IMG/VR virus record: IMGVR_UViG_3300027863_000020
Coordinates: 64,001-128,000 of that record
Direction: 5' to 3' (one strand)
Length of the DNA stretch: 64,000 nt
Source: a virus
In this document: piece after piece, positions 19,735-29,307 of the stretch
Layout: the number at the start of each line of letters is the position of its first letter
Numbering within the stretch: the stretch's first letter is position 1
Made by a program: the position numbers and the translations under genes
The notes under the pieces: generated by a model
Told to the model about the DNA's origin: nothing
The model's input: the letters and a program-made list of their open reading frames with translations, nothing else
The model's database searches: none

Positions 19735-20501
19735 TTCTTCTTCGGTGTGATGTGTGCAAGAGAACCGTGGAGAATCCGAAATTGATGTTCGTTTCGTCTT
19801 CCCCCGTGGTTCTCGGAAACGGAACCCTTCTCAATCCAGAACTCCATGTGTGTGTCTTCTGTATGGTTTATCGCCTGAAAGCGGTTGCGTACAATCTCAA
19901 GAACCAATGTGGGGTGGATACCGAAAGCACCGCTGAATCGGTGCAGAAGGCAAAGATGTTCGTTGTTTCCGACATCATCATCAATCCAGAAGAGAAGAAT
20001 ATCGCAGAAGTCCAGACATCCGCAATGGTTCTTCCCAAGTTGGACAGACTGGACAATGGCTTGCGGAAATCCACTCTTCCAAAGCCCGTGTTTGAAGGAA
20101 GCACCGACATCGAAACGGTCTTCAAGGAAGCTCTGAAGGACATGAAGGCGAAGGGAGTCCGTCATCGGGTAGTTGCCGTGACCGATTCCTATGGGAAGTA
20201 CATCGGGGATGCGTCTCTCGATGGCAAGCTCAATCTATGGGAGAATTACAAATCCCTTGTTGGTCTCATTCCATCCTATTCTGGAAAGATTGACCTAGCC
20301 AAACATCCGAACTCCCGCCATTTCGACCTTGTGTGGAATGAACTCATCAATGGGAAGTTCGTTTATGTTCGGGTCTATATGGGCAAGGTCTCCGTGTACA
20401 CCTATTTCGGCTATTCCAAAGATCAAGTCAAGTTCGCACTGAAGGAACTCAATGCGAAGGTTCTGAAGATCGCCCGAAAGACACCAAAGGTAATCGAATG
20501 A
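19731..20501 (+). CDS. hypothetical protein with N-terminal CxxC pairs
   Basis: CDVC...CVFC; ATGA overlap. Confidence 0.65.
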   Translation: MILLRCDVCKRTVENPKLMFVSSSPVVLGNGTLLNPELHVCVFCMVYRLKAVAYNLKNQCGVDTESTAESVQKAKMFVVSDIIINPEEKNIAEVQTSAMVLPKLDRLDNGLRKSTLPKPVFEGSTDIETVFKEALKDMKAKGVRHRVVAVTDSYGKYIGDASLDGKLNLWENYKSLVGLIPSYSGKIDLAKHPNSRHFDLVWNELINGKFVYVRVYMGKVSVYTYFGYSKDQVKFALKELNAKVLKIARKTPKVIE

Positions 20502-20866
20502 ACAACCGCACTCCCGAACAACACAAAGCACGGGTATCTGCATTCCGTTGTCAATTATGCAGTAAGGTGTCCACCGATCCATCCGACTTCCGTGAAATCA
20601 TCGGAAATGTCCATATCCCCGACTGTGGTGGATTGATTGGAAACAACTTCCGTGACGAACGGGATATTGACCGCAACAAGGATTCGTTGGGTGAACCGAC
20701 ATTCGTGTTCTACGAACGCACTCCTTCCAGTGATTATCGTCAAATCAATGTGTATTCGACCATTGTGTGTATTCCGTGTTTCCTCAATATGGCGCATATT
20801 GACGGAAAGACCTGTTCCCATTCCGAAAACCGTCCATCCAACCACCCCCAACCAGAGGTCATTTAA
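20498..20866 (+). CDS. hypothetical zinc-finger protein
   Basis: CQLC...CIPC. Confidence 0.65.
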   Translation: MNNRTPEQHKARVSAFRCQLCSKVSTDPSDFREIIGNVHIPDCGGLIGNNFRDERDIDRNKDSLGEPTFVFYERTPSSDYRQINVYSTIVCIPCFLNMAHIDGKTCSHSENRPSNHPQPEVI

Positions 20867-21456
20867 TGTCCAAGAAAAAGGATACGATTCAAACAGACTT
20901 GTTTCTGAATTCGATTGAGAAGCCCAAGAAGCCCCTCAATGAGTTCCAGACCCGCAACTTCCTGTACATGATTGATAGGATTCGCTCTTACCGTTTCGGA
21001 AAGCTGAATGAAGCCCGTAGGCTCGAAGAAAGGGAATTGGAGAAGTTGCCGAAGCCTACCATGAACGACATCATCCGTCTCATCAAGAACGGAAAACTGG
21101 TTCCCCACAAGCGGAACAACCGCAACAATCGGGACTATGATATTAGCTACTCTGGTTCCGCTCTGTACAACGAAGAAAAGAACCAGACCGAAGGTGGATA
21201 CAATATCACCTTCTCCGTCAAAACCATCCCGACCTTCAAATCCCCCGAAGTGGAATCGGAAAAGATTTCCCAGAAATGGAAGGAACAGGAACGGCTCGAC
21301 AATGAGCGCATTGCGGGTATCAAGATCAAGCTCCGTTTGGGTCACATTGACTCCGAAACCGCTGAAAACTTCGTCAATGAACTCATGGGCGAATGGAATG
21401 TACCCATTACCATCGTTGCCGAAGCCAACCACACCAATGCTTCTTGTGCGAGGTAG
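20866..21456 (+). CDS. hypothetical protein
   Basis: TAATG overlap, GAGG RBS. Confidence 0.65.
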   Translation: MSKKKDTIQTDLFLNSIEKPKKPLNEFQTRNFLYMIDRIRSYRFGKLNEARRLEERELEKLPKPTMNDIIRLIKNGKLVPHKRNNRNNRDYDISYSGSALYNEEKNQTEGGYNITFSVKTIPTFKSPEVESEKISQKWKEQERLDNERIAGIKIKLRLGHIDSETAENFVNELMGEWNVPITIVAEANHTNASCAR

Positions 21457-21458
21457 CC

Positions 21459-21788
21459 ATGTACGGACTGGAAATCTCCAAAAACGAAAACATCGTTTCG
21501 ATCATCGCCTACAATGTCGGGAACCTTCCAGAGAAGAAGGCACGGAAAGTCTGCTCCGATCTGGAAAACACCTTGATTGACAAGGGATGCAAGGCCATTG
21601 TCATTCGTGAAACAACTTCGTTCACACACACAATCGAAATCAACAAGAACACCGAAGCGATACCCGTCATTTTTCTCTCCACTGGAAAGATGACTGCGAC
21701 CAAGAAAGAACAATTCTTCGAGACCGTGCAGACAAAGTTGAAGAAGTACGGAATCACGAATTTCATTCTTGCGGGGGGATTCGAGTGA
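21459..21788 (+). CDS. hypothetical protein
   Basis: GAGG RBS. Confidence 0.6.
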   Translation: MYGLEISKNENIVSIIAYNVGNLPEKKARKVCSDLENTLIDKGCKAIVIRETTSFTHTIEINKNTEAIPVIFLSTGKMTATKKEQFFETVQTKLKKYGITNFILAGGFE

Positions 21789-22273
21789 CCAAGGAACTTC
21801 CTACCGTACAAAACAACTTCTGCCCACGGTGCGGTGTGGCGAAGTTTTGTGTAATCAAGATGGAAGGAAGGATTCGGAATCAATCGTTTTCCGCTCAATA
21901 TGGGGCAAACGAATCATTCACCAATACGACATTTGATGGATGTCAATGTCTGGTATGTGGCGAAGAGTGGGCATTCCTCAATGGAAAGGTAAGTGTTGCG
22001 AATACGCCTATCGAACCAGACCATGATTGGATGTCCATTTTTGAAAACATCGTGAGCGGAATTCGTGGGAACATTGACAACAATGTGTCGAATCGGGTTA
22101 TAAACGAGACCGACCTACTGTGGACAAAGCTCCAAGTCCGAAAGCACAATGTACTGATCCATAAGGAACTCCTTATCAAGAGGAATTCCGTACCAAATCC
22201 ACCTAATCCACCACCACTGGAAACATGGGGAGGAAATGTTCCTTTCCACAATCCAATCAACCCAAAGGAATAA
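21785..22273 (+). CDS. hypothetical zinc-ribbon protein
   Basis: CPRC...CLVC; GTGA overlap. Confidence 0.6.
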   Translation: MTKELPTVQNNFCPRCGVAKFCVIKMEGRIRNQSFSAQYGANESFTNTTFDGCQCLVCGEEWAFLNGKVSVANTPIEPDHDWMSIFENIVSGIRGNIDNNVSNRVINETDLLWTKLQVRKHNVLIHKELLIKRNSVPNPPNPPPLETWGGNVPFHNPINPKE

Positions 22274-22275
22274 AC

Positions 22276-22875
22276 ATGGGAACCGCTGATTTTGCAAGAA
22301 AGGAATTCGCCTTTCGGGGATGGGACAAGCCAGAGACCGATGAAATGCAGAAAATGATCTGCGCCAACATCATCGAAATCTGTGAGAAGTTCGATGGTCA
22401 AGGACATTCGGGTAGTTCTGCGAACTATGTCATTGCCATGCTCAATCGTGTTCTTCGGTACAAGCCCATTTCCCCATTGACGGGCGAAGAGTCCGAATGG
22501 CACGAAGTTGGTTCTTCGTTTCGTGGGATCAATGTATTCCAGAATGTCCGTGACTCCGAAGTCTTCAAGGAAGGAAAGGATGGGAAGGCGTATTGGGCAT
22601 TCGGCAAGGTCTTCCGTGATCCGAAGGGCTTTACCTTCACCAATCGGGATTCCCGTGTTAATATCGAATTCCCTTGGGTTCATCCAGAGAAGCCAGAGAT
22701 TGTCGATGTGGTTCCCGCTGATCCCGAACCGATGGAAGAGCCTGTGATGGGTAAACCCGAAGTACAGGTTGCGCCCGTTGGTCAAGGAACTTCGGAATTG
22801 ACCGTTTCGGTAAATGACAATTGTGAAAGTGTCAATTGTTCGGAAGAACCACCGCAACCAGACAAGGTAGGGTAA
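22276..22875 (+). CDS. conserved hypothetical phage protein
   Basis: QGHSGSSA..PISPLTGEESEW..FQNVRDSEVFK motif common in large phages. Confidence 0.75.
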   Translation: MGTADFARKEFAFRGWDKPETDEMQKMICANIIEICEKFDGQGHSGSSANYVIAMLNRVLRYKPISPLTGEESEWHEVGSSFRGINVFQNVRDSEVFKEGKDGKAYWAFGKVFRDPKGFTFTNRDSRVNIEFPWVHPEKPEIVDVVPADPEPMEEPVMGKPEVQVAPVGQGTSELTVSVNDNCESVNCSEEPPQPDKVG

Positions 22876-22880
22876 TAGCC

Positions 22881-23165
22881 ATGTCCACTCAATTTGTCGT
22901 AATCGACAAACTCGACCACCCGACCAATGCCTTATCAATCGAAATTGAAGAACGCTCTTGTCGGTTTGACTTGGATGTATGTGTGGTATCGCAAGATCGA
23001 ACTACATTCAACACCGTACCAATCACCAAGACAGAACTGCTCGAAATGGCGAAGTCAATCATTCGGGTATGTGTTATCCATGCCGATATGGAAACAGATC
23101 GACAAGTTGATGAGCTACATAGTCTTGTCGATGAAATGCGGTGCATACCACGATCAACGAAATAG
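22881..23165 (+). CDS. hypothetical protein
   Basis: Last gene of + strand unit. Confidence 0.6.
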   Translation: MSTQFVVIDKLDHPTNALSIEIEERSCRFDLDVCVVSQDRTTFNTVPITKTELLEMAKSIIRVCVIHADMETDRQVDELHSLVDEMRCIPRSTK

Positions 23166-23186
23166 CACACATCCGCATAAAACTAC

Positions 23187-23213
23187 AAACGCACCCGTCT
23201 TGGGTGCGTTTTT
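23187..23213. terminator. intrinsic terminator between convergent units
   Basis: AAACGCACCC-gtctt-GGGTGCGTTT followed by T. Confidence 0.75.
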
Positions 23214-23234
23214 CGTAGGATTCCTACAAATTGA

Positions 23235-23750
23235 CTATCGGTTCCTCAAGAATTCTGGTCTTGGTAGTTCACCAGTCGGTGCATGGACACCCCTAGAAGT
23301 CTGTGTGATCGCATTATTGTGACCATTGACTACGATGGGCTTGTCCGTCTTTCCGTTGTCCAGAATGAACAGTATGGGCAAATCCCTGAAGTCGGACTGC
23401 TTGATGTAGCACAACTTCCTGATTGACGGATTCGGATGCTCAAAATGCTTCATTGCGCCCGTATTGGACGAACAGATTTCATTGAACATCTTGAGGGCAT
23501 CCGCTGTCTTGTCCCTTTTCAGCAATAGAACGAATCGGTTGTATTCAAACTCATACCCAGAGGCACTAATCATCTTGATTGAGAAAGTGGCCTTGACCCA
23601 CTTGCTAGGTCTCATCCAGAACAACAATCTGGACGGTTTCCGCAATGTCGCAAATAGCGCACCGCTACGGATTCGCCACTCATATGTGGGGGATGTGTCG
23701 GATGCGACCAGTATTGATCGCAAATCAAGCGGATTTTCAGTTTTAGCCAT
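23235..23750 (-). CDS. hypothetical protein
   Basis: ORF downstream of TAAATA at 23789-23794. Confidence 0.65.
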   Translation of the reverse strand: MAKTENPLDLRSILVASDTSPTYEWRIRSGALFATLRKPSRLLFWMRPSKWVKATFSIKMISASGYEFEYNRFVLLLKRDKTADALKMFNEICSSNTGAMKHFEHPNPSIRKLCYIKQSDFRDLPILFILDNGKTDKPIVVNGHNNAITQTSRGVHAPTGELPRPEFLRNR

Positions 23751-23787
23751 CAATTCAACCTATCAATCAAGGAAACACCATTCTATC

Positions 23788-24519
23788 TTATTTAGGGCTA
23801 CCAGAATCCTTCTTTTTGATTGGAAACGAGAACTTACCAGTTTTTGCCTTGATCTTGTTGTCGATAGCACCCGCCTTGGGAGTGGCGATAGGGGTCTCTT
23901 TTGGCGTTTCCTTGACCTCTACGGGCTTTGCCACCACGGGGGTAGGCTTTGCCAGTGCTCCGATCTCGATGGTCTTGGAGAGGACGCTAGGGGGGTTCTT
24001 TGGGTCGAACGGAATATAGGACTTTCCATTGTCCAAGGAATAGAGCAAAGGTCGGGCATGAAGGCGGGATTGAGCCACTTTCGGGGTGAAGATTCGGGAA
24101 GGAACATTGGCGATATGGAGCCAATCGTTGCCCTTGGCACTGGTCTCGAAGATCAATTGACGGGGGCGGTCAATCGGGTTCGGATACTTGGTCAAAAAGT
24201 AATTGACGATGTGGAGGAATATCGAACGGAGACCGGGGATATAAAGATCAACGGCTCCCACTGCACCAGTGTAGGTTTTTCCATTCACGGGTACAGGGAG
24301 GCCAAAGAAATGGTCGGATGTGACCGAAGGATTGTACCCGTTCCGCTTGAGCCTCAAGAAATCGTCAATGGTACGCAACCCAGAGGTAGGTACGCATTGG
24401 CGATTGACGAAATCCTGTACTTCGTTGCACAACTCCACGGCTTCATCAAGAAGTACGGTCGTTGCTTCATCGGGTACGAATCCCTTGGGGATCAATTGGG
24501 AACGGGTAATTGGGGTCAT
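23788..24519 (-). CDS. peptidase M15 family endolysin
   Basis: TSGLR..SDH..AVD..QLIFE..WLHI zinc-peptidase motifs; basic Pro/Lys tail. Confidence 0.75.
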   Translation of the reverse strand: MTPITRSQLIPKGFVPDEATTVLLDEAVELCNEVQDFVNRQCVPTSGLRTIDDFLRLKRNGYNPSVTSDHFFGLPVPVNGKTYTGAVGAVDLYIPGLRSIFLHIVNYFLTKYPNPIDRPRQLIFETSAKGNDWLHIANVPSRIFTPKVAQSRLHARPLLYSLDNGKSYIPFDPKNPPSVLSKTIEIGALAKPTPVVAKPVEVKETPKETPIATPKAGAIDNKIKAKTGKFSFPIKKKDSGSPK

Positions 24520-24520
24520 C

Positions 24521-24829
24521 TTACTGTCCTTCCATCAAATCACCACCAAGGAAGTGGTCGGTCTGTTCCATGAGAAGATTGCGGGGATTCTTCGATTCTT
24601 CGAGGTTCTTCTTTCCTTCGAGCACCTTCTTCTCATCACCTTCCTTCAAGAGACGGTTGGCAATGCCAGTCGATACCTTGGAAAGAGCTTGCATGAATTC
24701 GTTGGAAAGGGGATCATCGGAGAAGGCAAGACCCTTGAGCAACTGCACCGCTTTCGCCTGTGAGTCGTTGTCCTTGCCCCAATCGGTATCACCCAATTCC
24801 TTGATTACTTCTTTGACCTTGATAGCCAT
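24521..24829 (-). CDS. putative head-internal protein
   Basis: C-terminal LMEQTDHFLGGDLME motif shared with neighbours. Confidence 0.5.
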   Translation of the reverse strand: MAIKVKEVIKELGDTDWGKDNDSQAKAVQLLKGLAFSDDPLSNEFMQALSKVSTGIANRLLKEGDEKKVLEGKKNLEESKNPRNLLMEQTDHFLGGDLMEGQ

Positions 24830-24833
24830 TTGA

Positions 24834-25325
24834 TTACCCCTTCAGATTGATGGAGTAGGTCATCTTGGCGATGTCGAGAACACCAGTCACCACGCCCTTA
24901 CCGACCACTTCAACGATCTTGTTCAAAGTTGAAATCTCTTGGGGATCGACTGCGACAACGATGGATTTCTCATCGGATGTCATGCGAACACGGCTTCCCA
25001 GAGTGGCGGTGATTGCGGACATCACATTGGAAAGAACTTCGCTTTCGTTGATTTCTTCCGTGGTCTCTTCGGATTCATCATCCTTCTTGGGGATTTCTTC
25101 CGATTCGGTAGAAGAAGCATTCGCTTCGGGAGCGGATTCGGGAGCGGATTCGATGACCGTACCAACGGGAAGGTCTCCTTCAACACCGTCTGCTTGGATG
25201 CTTTCGCCTTCCTGTACGGTGTGTGGGGTTTCCAGAGTCTCATTGACGGAAGTGTCCACGGGGGTCACTGTCACGCCAACGGGGACTTCAGGGGTTTCGT
25301 CTGTGATGATCGGGTTCTTTGCCAT
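24834..25325 (-). CDS. acidic low-complexity protein, putative virion-internal
   Basis: E-rich; late TAAATA at 25349-25354; GAGG RBS. Confidence 0.6.
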   Translation of the reverse strand: MAKNPIITDETPEVPVGVTVTPVDTSVNETLETPHTVQEGESIQADGVEGDLPVGTVIESAPESAPEANASSTESEEIPKKDDESEETTEEINESEVLSNVMSAITATLGSRVRMTSDEKSIVVAVDPQEISTLNKIVEVVGKGVVTGVLDIAKMTYSINLKG

Positions 25326-25351
25326 AGTATCCTCTGTGTGGTTTCTTGTAT

Positions 25352-25534
25352 TTAGTTCATCAAAGTATGAAGGTCTTTGTGGTCGGGAATCAGGCTCTTT
25401 GTCTGCTCATCGAACTTCTTTTGATTCTCAATGAGCATATCGGACACACCATCCCAGAAGTCATCGTCTAGCTTCGAGTAGTCCACCGTTGCATCGGATT
25501 CTATCAGGTCGGAAAAATCCGATAGACGGCTCAT
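25352..25534 (-). CDS. small acidic hypothetical protein
   Basis: ATGA overlap; MSRLSDFSDLIESD. Confidence 0.55.
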   Translation of the reverse strand: MSRLSDFSDLIESDATVDYSKLDDDFWDGVSDMLIENQKKFDEQTKSLIPDHKDLHTLMN

Positions 25535-25872
25535 AATGCTTCCAATTTCTTGATGGCCTTCTGTATTTCTTTGAGACCCTTGGAAGCCTTTTCCTTTGCC
25601 TTGGATACCAGAACCTTGGCTTCGCCCTTGTCCGTCCAACTCCCGATTCCATCAAGGAATGCTTGTGCGCCCTTGAGCGTGTCAATCGCACTAGCGTATT
25701 CCTGATTGATGGAGAAGATAGCTTCGCCCTTTTCACCAATAGGATCGACTGGATCGGATTCGCCATCCATATCATCGGGTTCGAGAGGTGGAGACCCACC
25801 CTCTTCTTCCAAGAGATTGTCCACTTCACGGAACAATCTTCCAATGATCCTATTGTGATTGACGAAGTTCAC
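25531..25872 (-). CDS. putative head-internal protein
   Basis: LLEEE motif; acidic N-half, helical C-half. Confidence 0.5.
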   Translation of the reverse strand: MNFVNHNRIIGRLFREVDNLLEEEGGSPPLEPDDMDGESDPVDPIGEKGEAIFSINQEYASAIDTLKGAQAFLDGIGSWTDKGEAKVLVSKAKEKASKGLKEIQKAIKKLEAL

Positions 25873-26510
25873 TTGATTACCTCAAAGCAACTTGGAATTG
25901 ACGGGCGTTCCTTGCTCCAACCCTTCTCATATTCCGCAACCACCCCGCCATCGGGGAATTCGTCAATGTCCCATCCATTCCACTTGTAGCGAATCTTCTC
26001 CTGTTTGGAGAACGCAACATCCTTCCAGTAGGCATTGAACATGGATTCGGAAATGGTCTCTTCCGATTCTTCGTTCTTCGGACGGAACTTCGTGGTCATG
26101 GTGTATTCGGTCATGCCACGGGTGTTGAGGAATACGGTCTTGCGAATGCGAGTGTCAATCTCATCATTGGGCTTCAATATGAAACCCTGTACGATCTTTT
26201 CGGTACTGAATTTGGTCTCTTGTTTCACCAAGTCTGGAACCTTCCTCAATTTGAAGGAAAGTTCGTCTTCGATCTCCACACTTTCTTCAAGGACTTCTCC
26301 AAGAAGGTATCCAACCTGTTCCTCAAGGGTGGATTTCAGGCCAAGCATCTTCTTGAGGATTCCCGTGACATAGGCATAGAAAGAATCACCATCGGATTCC
26401 TTGTGGCCTTCATCATTTGCCAATTTCTTGGCTTTGTCCCATAGGCGTTCTACTTCGGCAATGGGCTTACCGCTTTCTTTGGCGAATGATTTGAGTGCGG
26501 GTGTTGGCAT
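25869..26510 (-). CDS. CYTH-like domain protein with N-terminal helical phage domain
   Basis: EIEDELSFK, IVQGF, RIRK, TMTTK, ESE, KIRY, IDEF, AEYE CYTH pattern after an LEEQVGYLLG linker. Confidence 0.65.
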   Translation of the reverse strand: MPTPALKSFAKESGKPIAEVERLWDKAKKLANDEGHKESDGDSFYAYVTGILKKMLGLKSTLEEQVGYLLGEVLEESVEIEDELSFKLRKVPDLVKQETKFSTEKIVQGFILKPNDEIDTRIRKTVFLNTRGMTEYTMTTKFRPKNEESEETISESMFNAYWKDVAFSKQEKIRYKWNGWDIDEFPDGGVVAEYEKGWSKERPSIPSCFEVIK

Positions 26511-26511
26511 A

Positions 26512-26913
26512 TTATTCCTTGAATGAGAGGCGTTCTTTGATGAACGATTTGACCTTCTTGACCATCTTTCCTATGGGCTTCCCGTCAAGAACACCAATGC
26601 TTGCTTCGCACAATTCGTACAGAACATCTTGCTTGTCAATCTTGGCATCGTTGGCCTTCGGATTGCTTCTCAATTTCTCCGATTGGCTTTCGTGAATAGC
26701 CATTCGTTTCTGAATGGCCTTCTTGTCATACTTGGAAGACAACCAGACGATGTAGTCGTTGATGTAGCCTTCGTCCATCTTCAAAAAGTCGGATGGTTCC
26801 TTGTCGGCAAGGATCTCTGCCAATGCGTCCAAGTGGTCTTTATCCTCTTGCATGAGGGAACCACCAAGCAAATGATCTGTCTGTTCTTCGAGAATGCTTG
26901 CCTTCATAACCAC
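26512..26913 (-). CDS. putative head-internal protein
   Basis: N-terminal LEEQTDHLLGGSLMQE motif. Confidence 0.5.
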   Translation of the reverse strand: MVMKASILEEQTDHLLGGSLMQEDKDHLDALAEILADKEPSDFLKMDEGYINDYIVWLSSKYDKKAIQKRMAIHESQSEKLRSNPKANDAKIDKQDVLYELCEASIGVLDGKPIGKMVKKVKSFIKERLSFKE

Positions 26914-26915
26914 TC

Positions 26916-27974
26916 CTATTTCTTCAATGACTTGTTCTTTCTGCGTTGAGCCATCGTTGCCCGATATTTGGAGAACATCTTGCGCTCGATATTCGGAATC
27001 AGATTGGCTCTGCGTTTGACCATTGCATCAACATCCACCTTTGCGCTCAAGGAAAGATCGTCATACTTTCCACCCTTGGACTTGGCGAACTTGTTTTTCA
27101 AGAATTTGATTGCGGCTTTGTGGACTCTGCTCTTGACCGTCTTCATGTCGGTACGGAAGAACTTGACCTTCCTACGGGCTTTCATCTTGGAGGCCATGCG
27201 CTTCATCCTACGACCCGCTACGAGCTTCCTACGGATCAATTCACCCTTGTTCAAAGGCTTCTTGAAGACCGCTTCTTCGATGACCGCACAAAGCTCCTTG
27301 TCCAACTGGATATTGAACTCATCATTCATCTCTTGCATGAGGGTGAACGATGAAAAGTTCTCCATCTCGAACTTCTGGTATTCGGCCTGTTCCTCAAGGG
27401 TAGGCTCTTCCTCTTCTTCGTCCAGACGGGGATCGTCAATTTCGATCTCTTCGTCCAATCCGTTCATTTCATACGGGGTATCATCAATCTCTTCGTCATC
27501 GTCTGGATCATAGAACAGGTCATCATCGAATTCGGTGGAATCCACTGCGTCATCCGCATCATCGGAATCGTCTGCCAGATTGACAAGGATTTCAGCAACC
27601 TTGTCGGCAACCTTCTCGATGAAGTCTTCATTCGACCAACACCATTCCTTGCCTTCGTCCTGTTCTTTGTACAGTTCGGCATCGGGATCGGCTTCGGTCT
27701 TTTCCTTCTCTTCGGGCAACTGGTCTCCCGCCTGTGGACGCTTTGCGGGGCGAACCCATCCACGCCCATAGACCTTGTAATCGCCCAAGGAATTGGAATC
27801 AATGGCACTGGAACCAGATTGAGCGGGTTCCCCTTCTTCCTTGAGAACCTTCTTGCCTTCTTCCATGATACCCAACCGTGTGCTCTCTTGAATACCCAAG
27901 GCACGATTGATGATGGAAGCAACCTTGGGATGCGGTTGTGCGTTCTGCATGAAAATTGAGGTAGGGGATTTCAT
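26916..27974 (-). CDS. putative prohead core/internal protein (acidic middle, basic C-terminus)
   Basis: D/E-rich tract, LEEQ, then K/R-rich helical domain reminiscent of T4-like core proteins. Confidence 0.5.
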   Translation of the reverse strand: MKSPTSIFMQNAQPHPKVASIINRALGIQESTRLGIMEEGKKVLKEEGEPAQSGSSAIDSNSLGDYKVYGRGWVRPAKRPQAGDQLPEEKEKTEADPDAELYKEQDEGKEWCWSNEDFIEKVADKVAEILVNLADDSDDADDAVDSTEFDDDLFYDPDDDEEIDDTPYEMNGLDEEIEIDDPRLDEEEEEPTLEEQAEYQKFEMENFSSFTLMQEMNDEFNIQLDKELCAVIEEAVFKKPLNKGELIRRKLVAGRRMKRMASKMKARRKVKFFRTDMKTVKSRVHKAAIKFLKNKFAKSKGGKYDDLSLSAKVDVDAMVKRRANLIPNIERKMFSKYRATMAQRRKNKSLKK

Positions 27975-27982
27975 AGAAGCTC

Positions 27983-28384
27983 CTAGAACTTGATCTTGTG
28001 GGAAATGAACCAGTCTGCGACCTCTGCTTTCTTGACGATGGTGAGTTTTCCATTCGTCAATTGGGAAAGGGTCTGTGTCGGGTCACAATCAATCATATCC
28101 CACTCACGGAGTAGCTTCGCAACAAAGCCAAGCCTATCCTTGTCATCCTGTGAGAGATTATCGTATGCGTTCTTGTAAGTGAGTAGGAACCATTCCTTGA
28201 AATGGATAAGGAAGAATTTGGTCTTCCCCTCAATTTCGGTATGGTACAGGTACACACTTGGGGCAAGGGCTTTCTGATAGACCTTGTTCACAACTTCGGG
28301 TGCGGGGGGACGAACCTTGACACCGATTCGGTTCAGAGTTTCACGCACCACATTGGGTTTCACTTTCAAAGATATTTCGATCAT
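27983..28384 (-). CDS. regA: RegA translational repressor
   Basis: VRETLNRIGV, FLIHFKEWFLL, DKDR..AKLLREW motifs of T4 RegA. Confidence 0.88.
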   Translation of the reverse strand: MIEISLKVKPNVVRETLNRIGVKVRPPAPEVVNKVYQKALAPSVYLYHTEIEGKTKFFLIHFKEWFLLTYKNAYDNLSQDDKDRLGFVAKLLREWDMIDCDPTQTLSQLTNGKLTIVKKAEVADWFISHKIKF

Positions 28385-28416
28385 ATAGTTTCCTGTCCTT
28401 ATACTCTATTTATGCG

Positions 28417-29307
28417 TCATGCTTTGGATAGGTCTAGGACTGGTGGATTTTTGGATGGTTTGGTTTTTACCAACTTCGTGAACTTCGCAAGACGCTTGAA
28501 TGCCTCTTCATTGTTCACCGTCAATCCGATTTCCTTGGCGGTTTCATTGTTCAAGAAGTCGGTGAAGTTGGTCAGGTCTGATTGACCGAATACTACGATG
28601 AGGGGGTATTTGTCGGAAAGACCAGTGATGGTCAATGATGCTCCCCCTGCGTTGTTGATCCCAATACAGGCTTCGGCCTTGATTTCGGAATTGAACGCAA
28701 CCACCACCGATTTGCTTCCTTCAAAAAGGGTTGCGAAATTCGGGAAGGTATCACGGTAATTTTCGGAATAAGTCAGGAATACGCTGTCTGCCTTGATGCG
28801 ACCGCCTTCTGCGAATGAAAATGCGGTATCCATGCCAACGAAGTTCTTTACCCGTATTCCCGCCTTGATTGATGTGAGTCTGTGGGAGACAACGGTTCCA
28901 TTCCAATCAAGGCCATCTAGCATACACCCGAATAGGGAAATGCGCCCATTGATGCTACCACCGATGAAATGGGCGTTTGCGAACACCATGTCCTTTTCAT
29001 ACTGGTTGTTCTTCAGTATCAATCGGGAATAGAGACTGGTGTTTCCCACCGAAGTAGTCGTGCTTTCCATGTTGAGGGCATCGGCATACGAATGGATCGA
29101 ATGTGATGCGGTCTGCGATAACTTCCCGTCCTTAATTTCACCAATGAATGCGCCATTCTTCTTGTAAACATTGGTGACACCATTTCCGCTTACTCCATCA
29201 AGCCCTTTCCAGAGTTCCACCCATTTGGCATCGGGATAGAAATACTTGACAACGGTATTCTTGGTCGTACCTGTCTTTTCGTAGTATCGCTTCAAAACGC
29301 TAATCAT
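28417..29307 (-). CDS. shorter beta-helix-like protein, possible outlier paralog
   Basis: VFANAHF/LFGCML strands; C-terminal KRLAKFTKL helix. Confidence 0.5.
   Translation of the reverse strand: MISVLKRYYEKTGTTKNTVVKYFYPDAKWVELWKGLDGVSGNGVTNVYKKNGAFIGEIKDGKLSQTASHSIHSYADALNMESTTTSVGNTSLYSRLILKNNQYEKDMVFANAHFIGGSINGRISLFGCMLDGLDWNGTVVSHRLTSIKAGIRVKNFVGMDTAFSFAEGGRIKADSVFLTYSENYRDTFPNFATLFEGSKSVVVAFNSEIKAEACIGINNAGGASLTITGLSDKYPLIVVFGQSDLTNFTDFLNNETAKEIGLTVNNEEAFKRLAKFTKLVKTKPSKNPPVLDLSKA

Noticed and set aside
23464-24573. 369-aa plus-strand ORF
   Set aside because: Antisense shadow of the endolysin and its neighbour; no RBS or motifs
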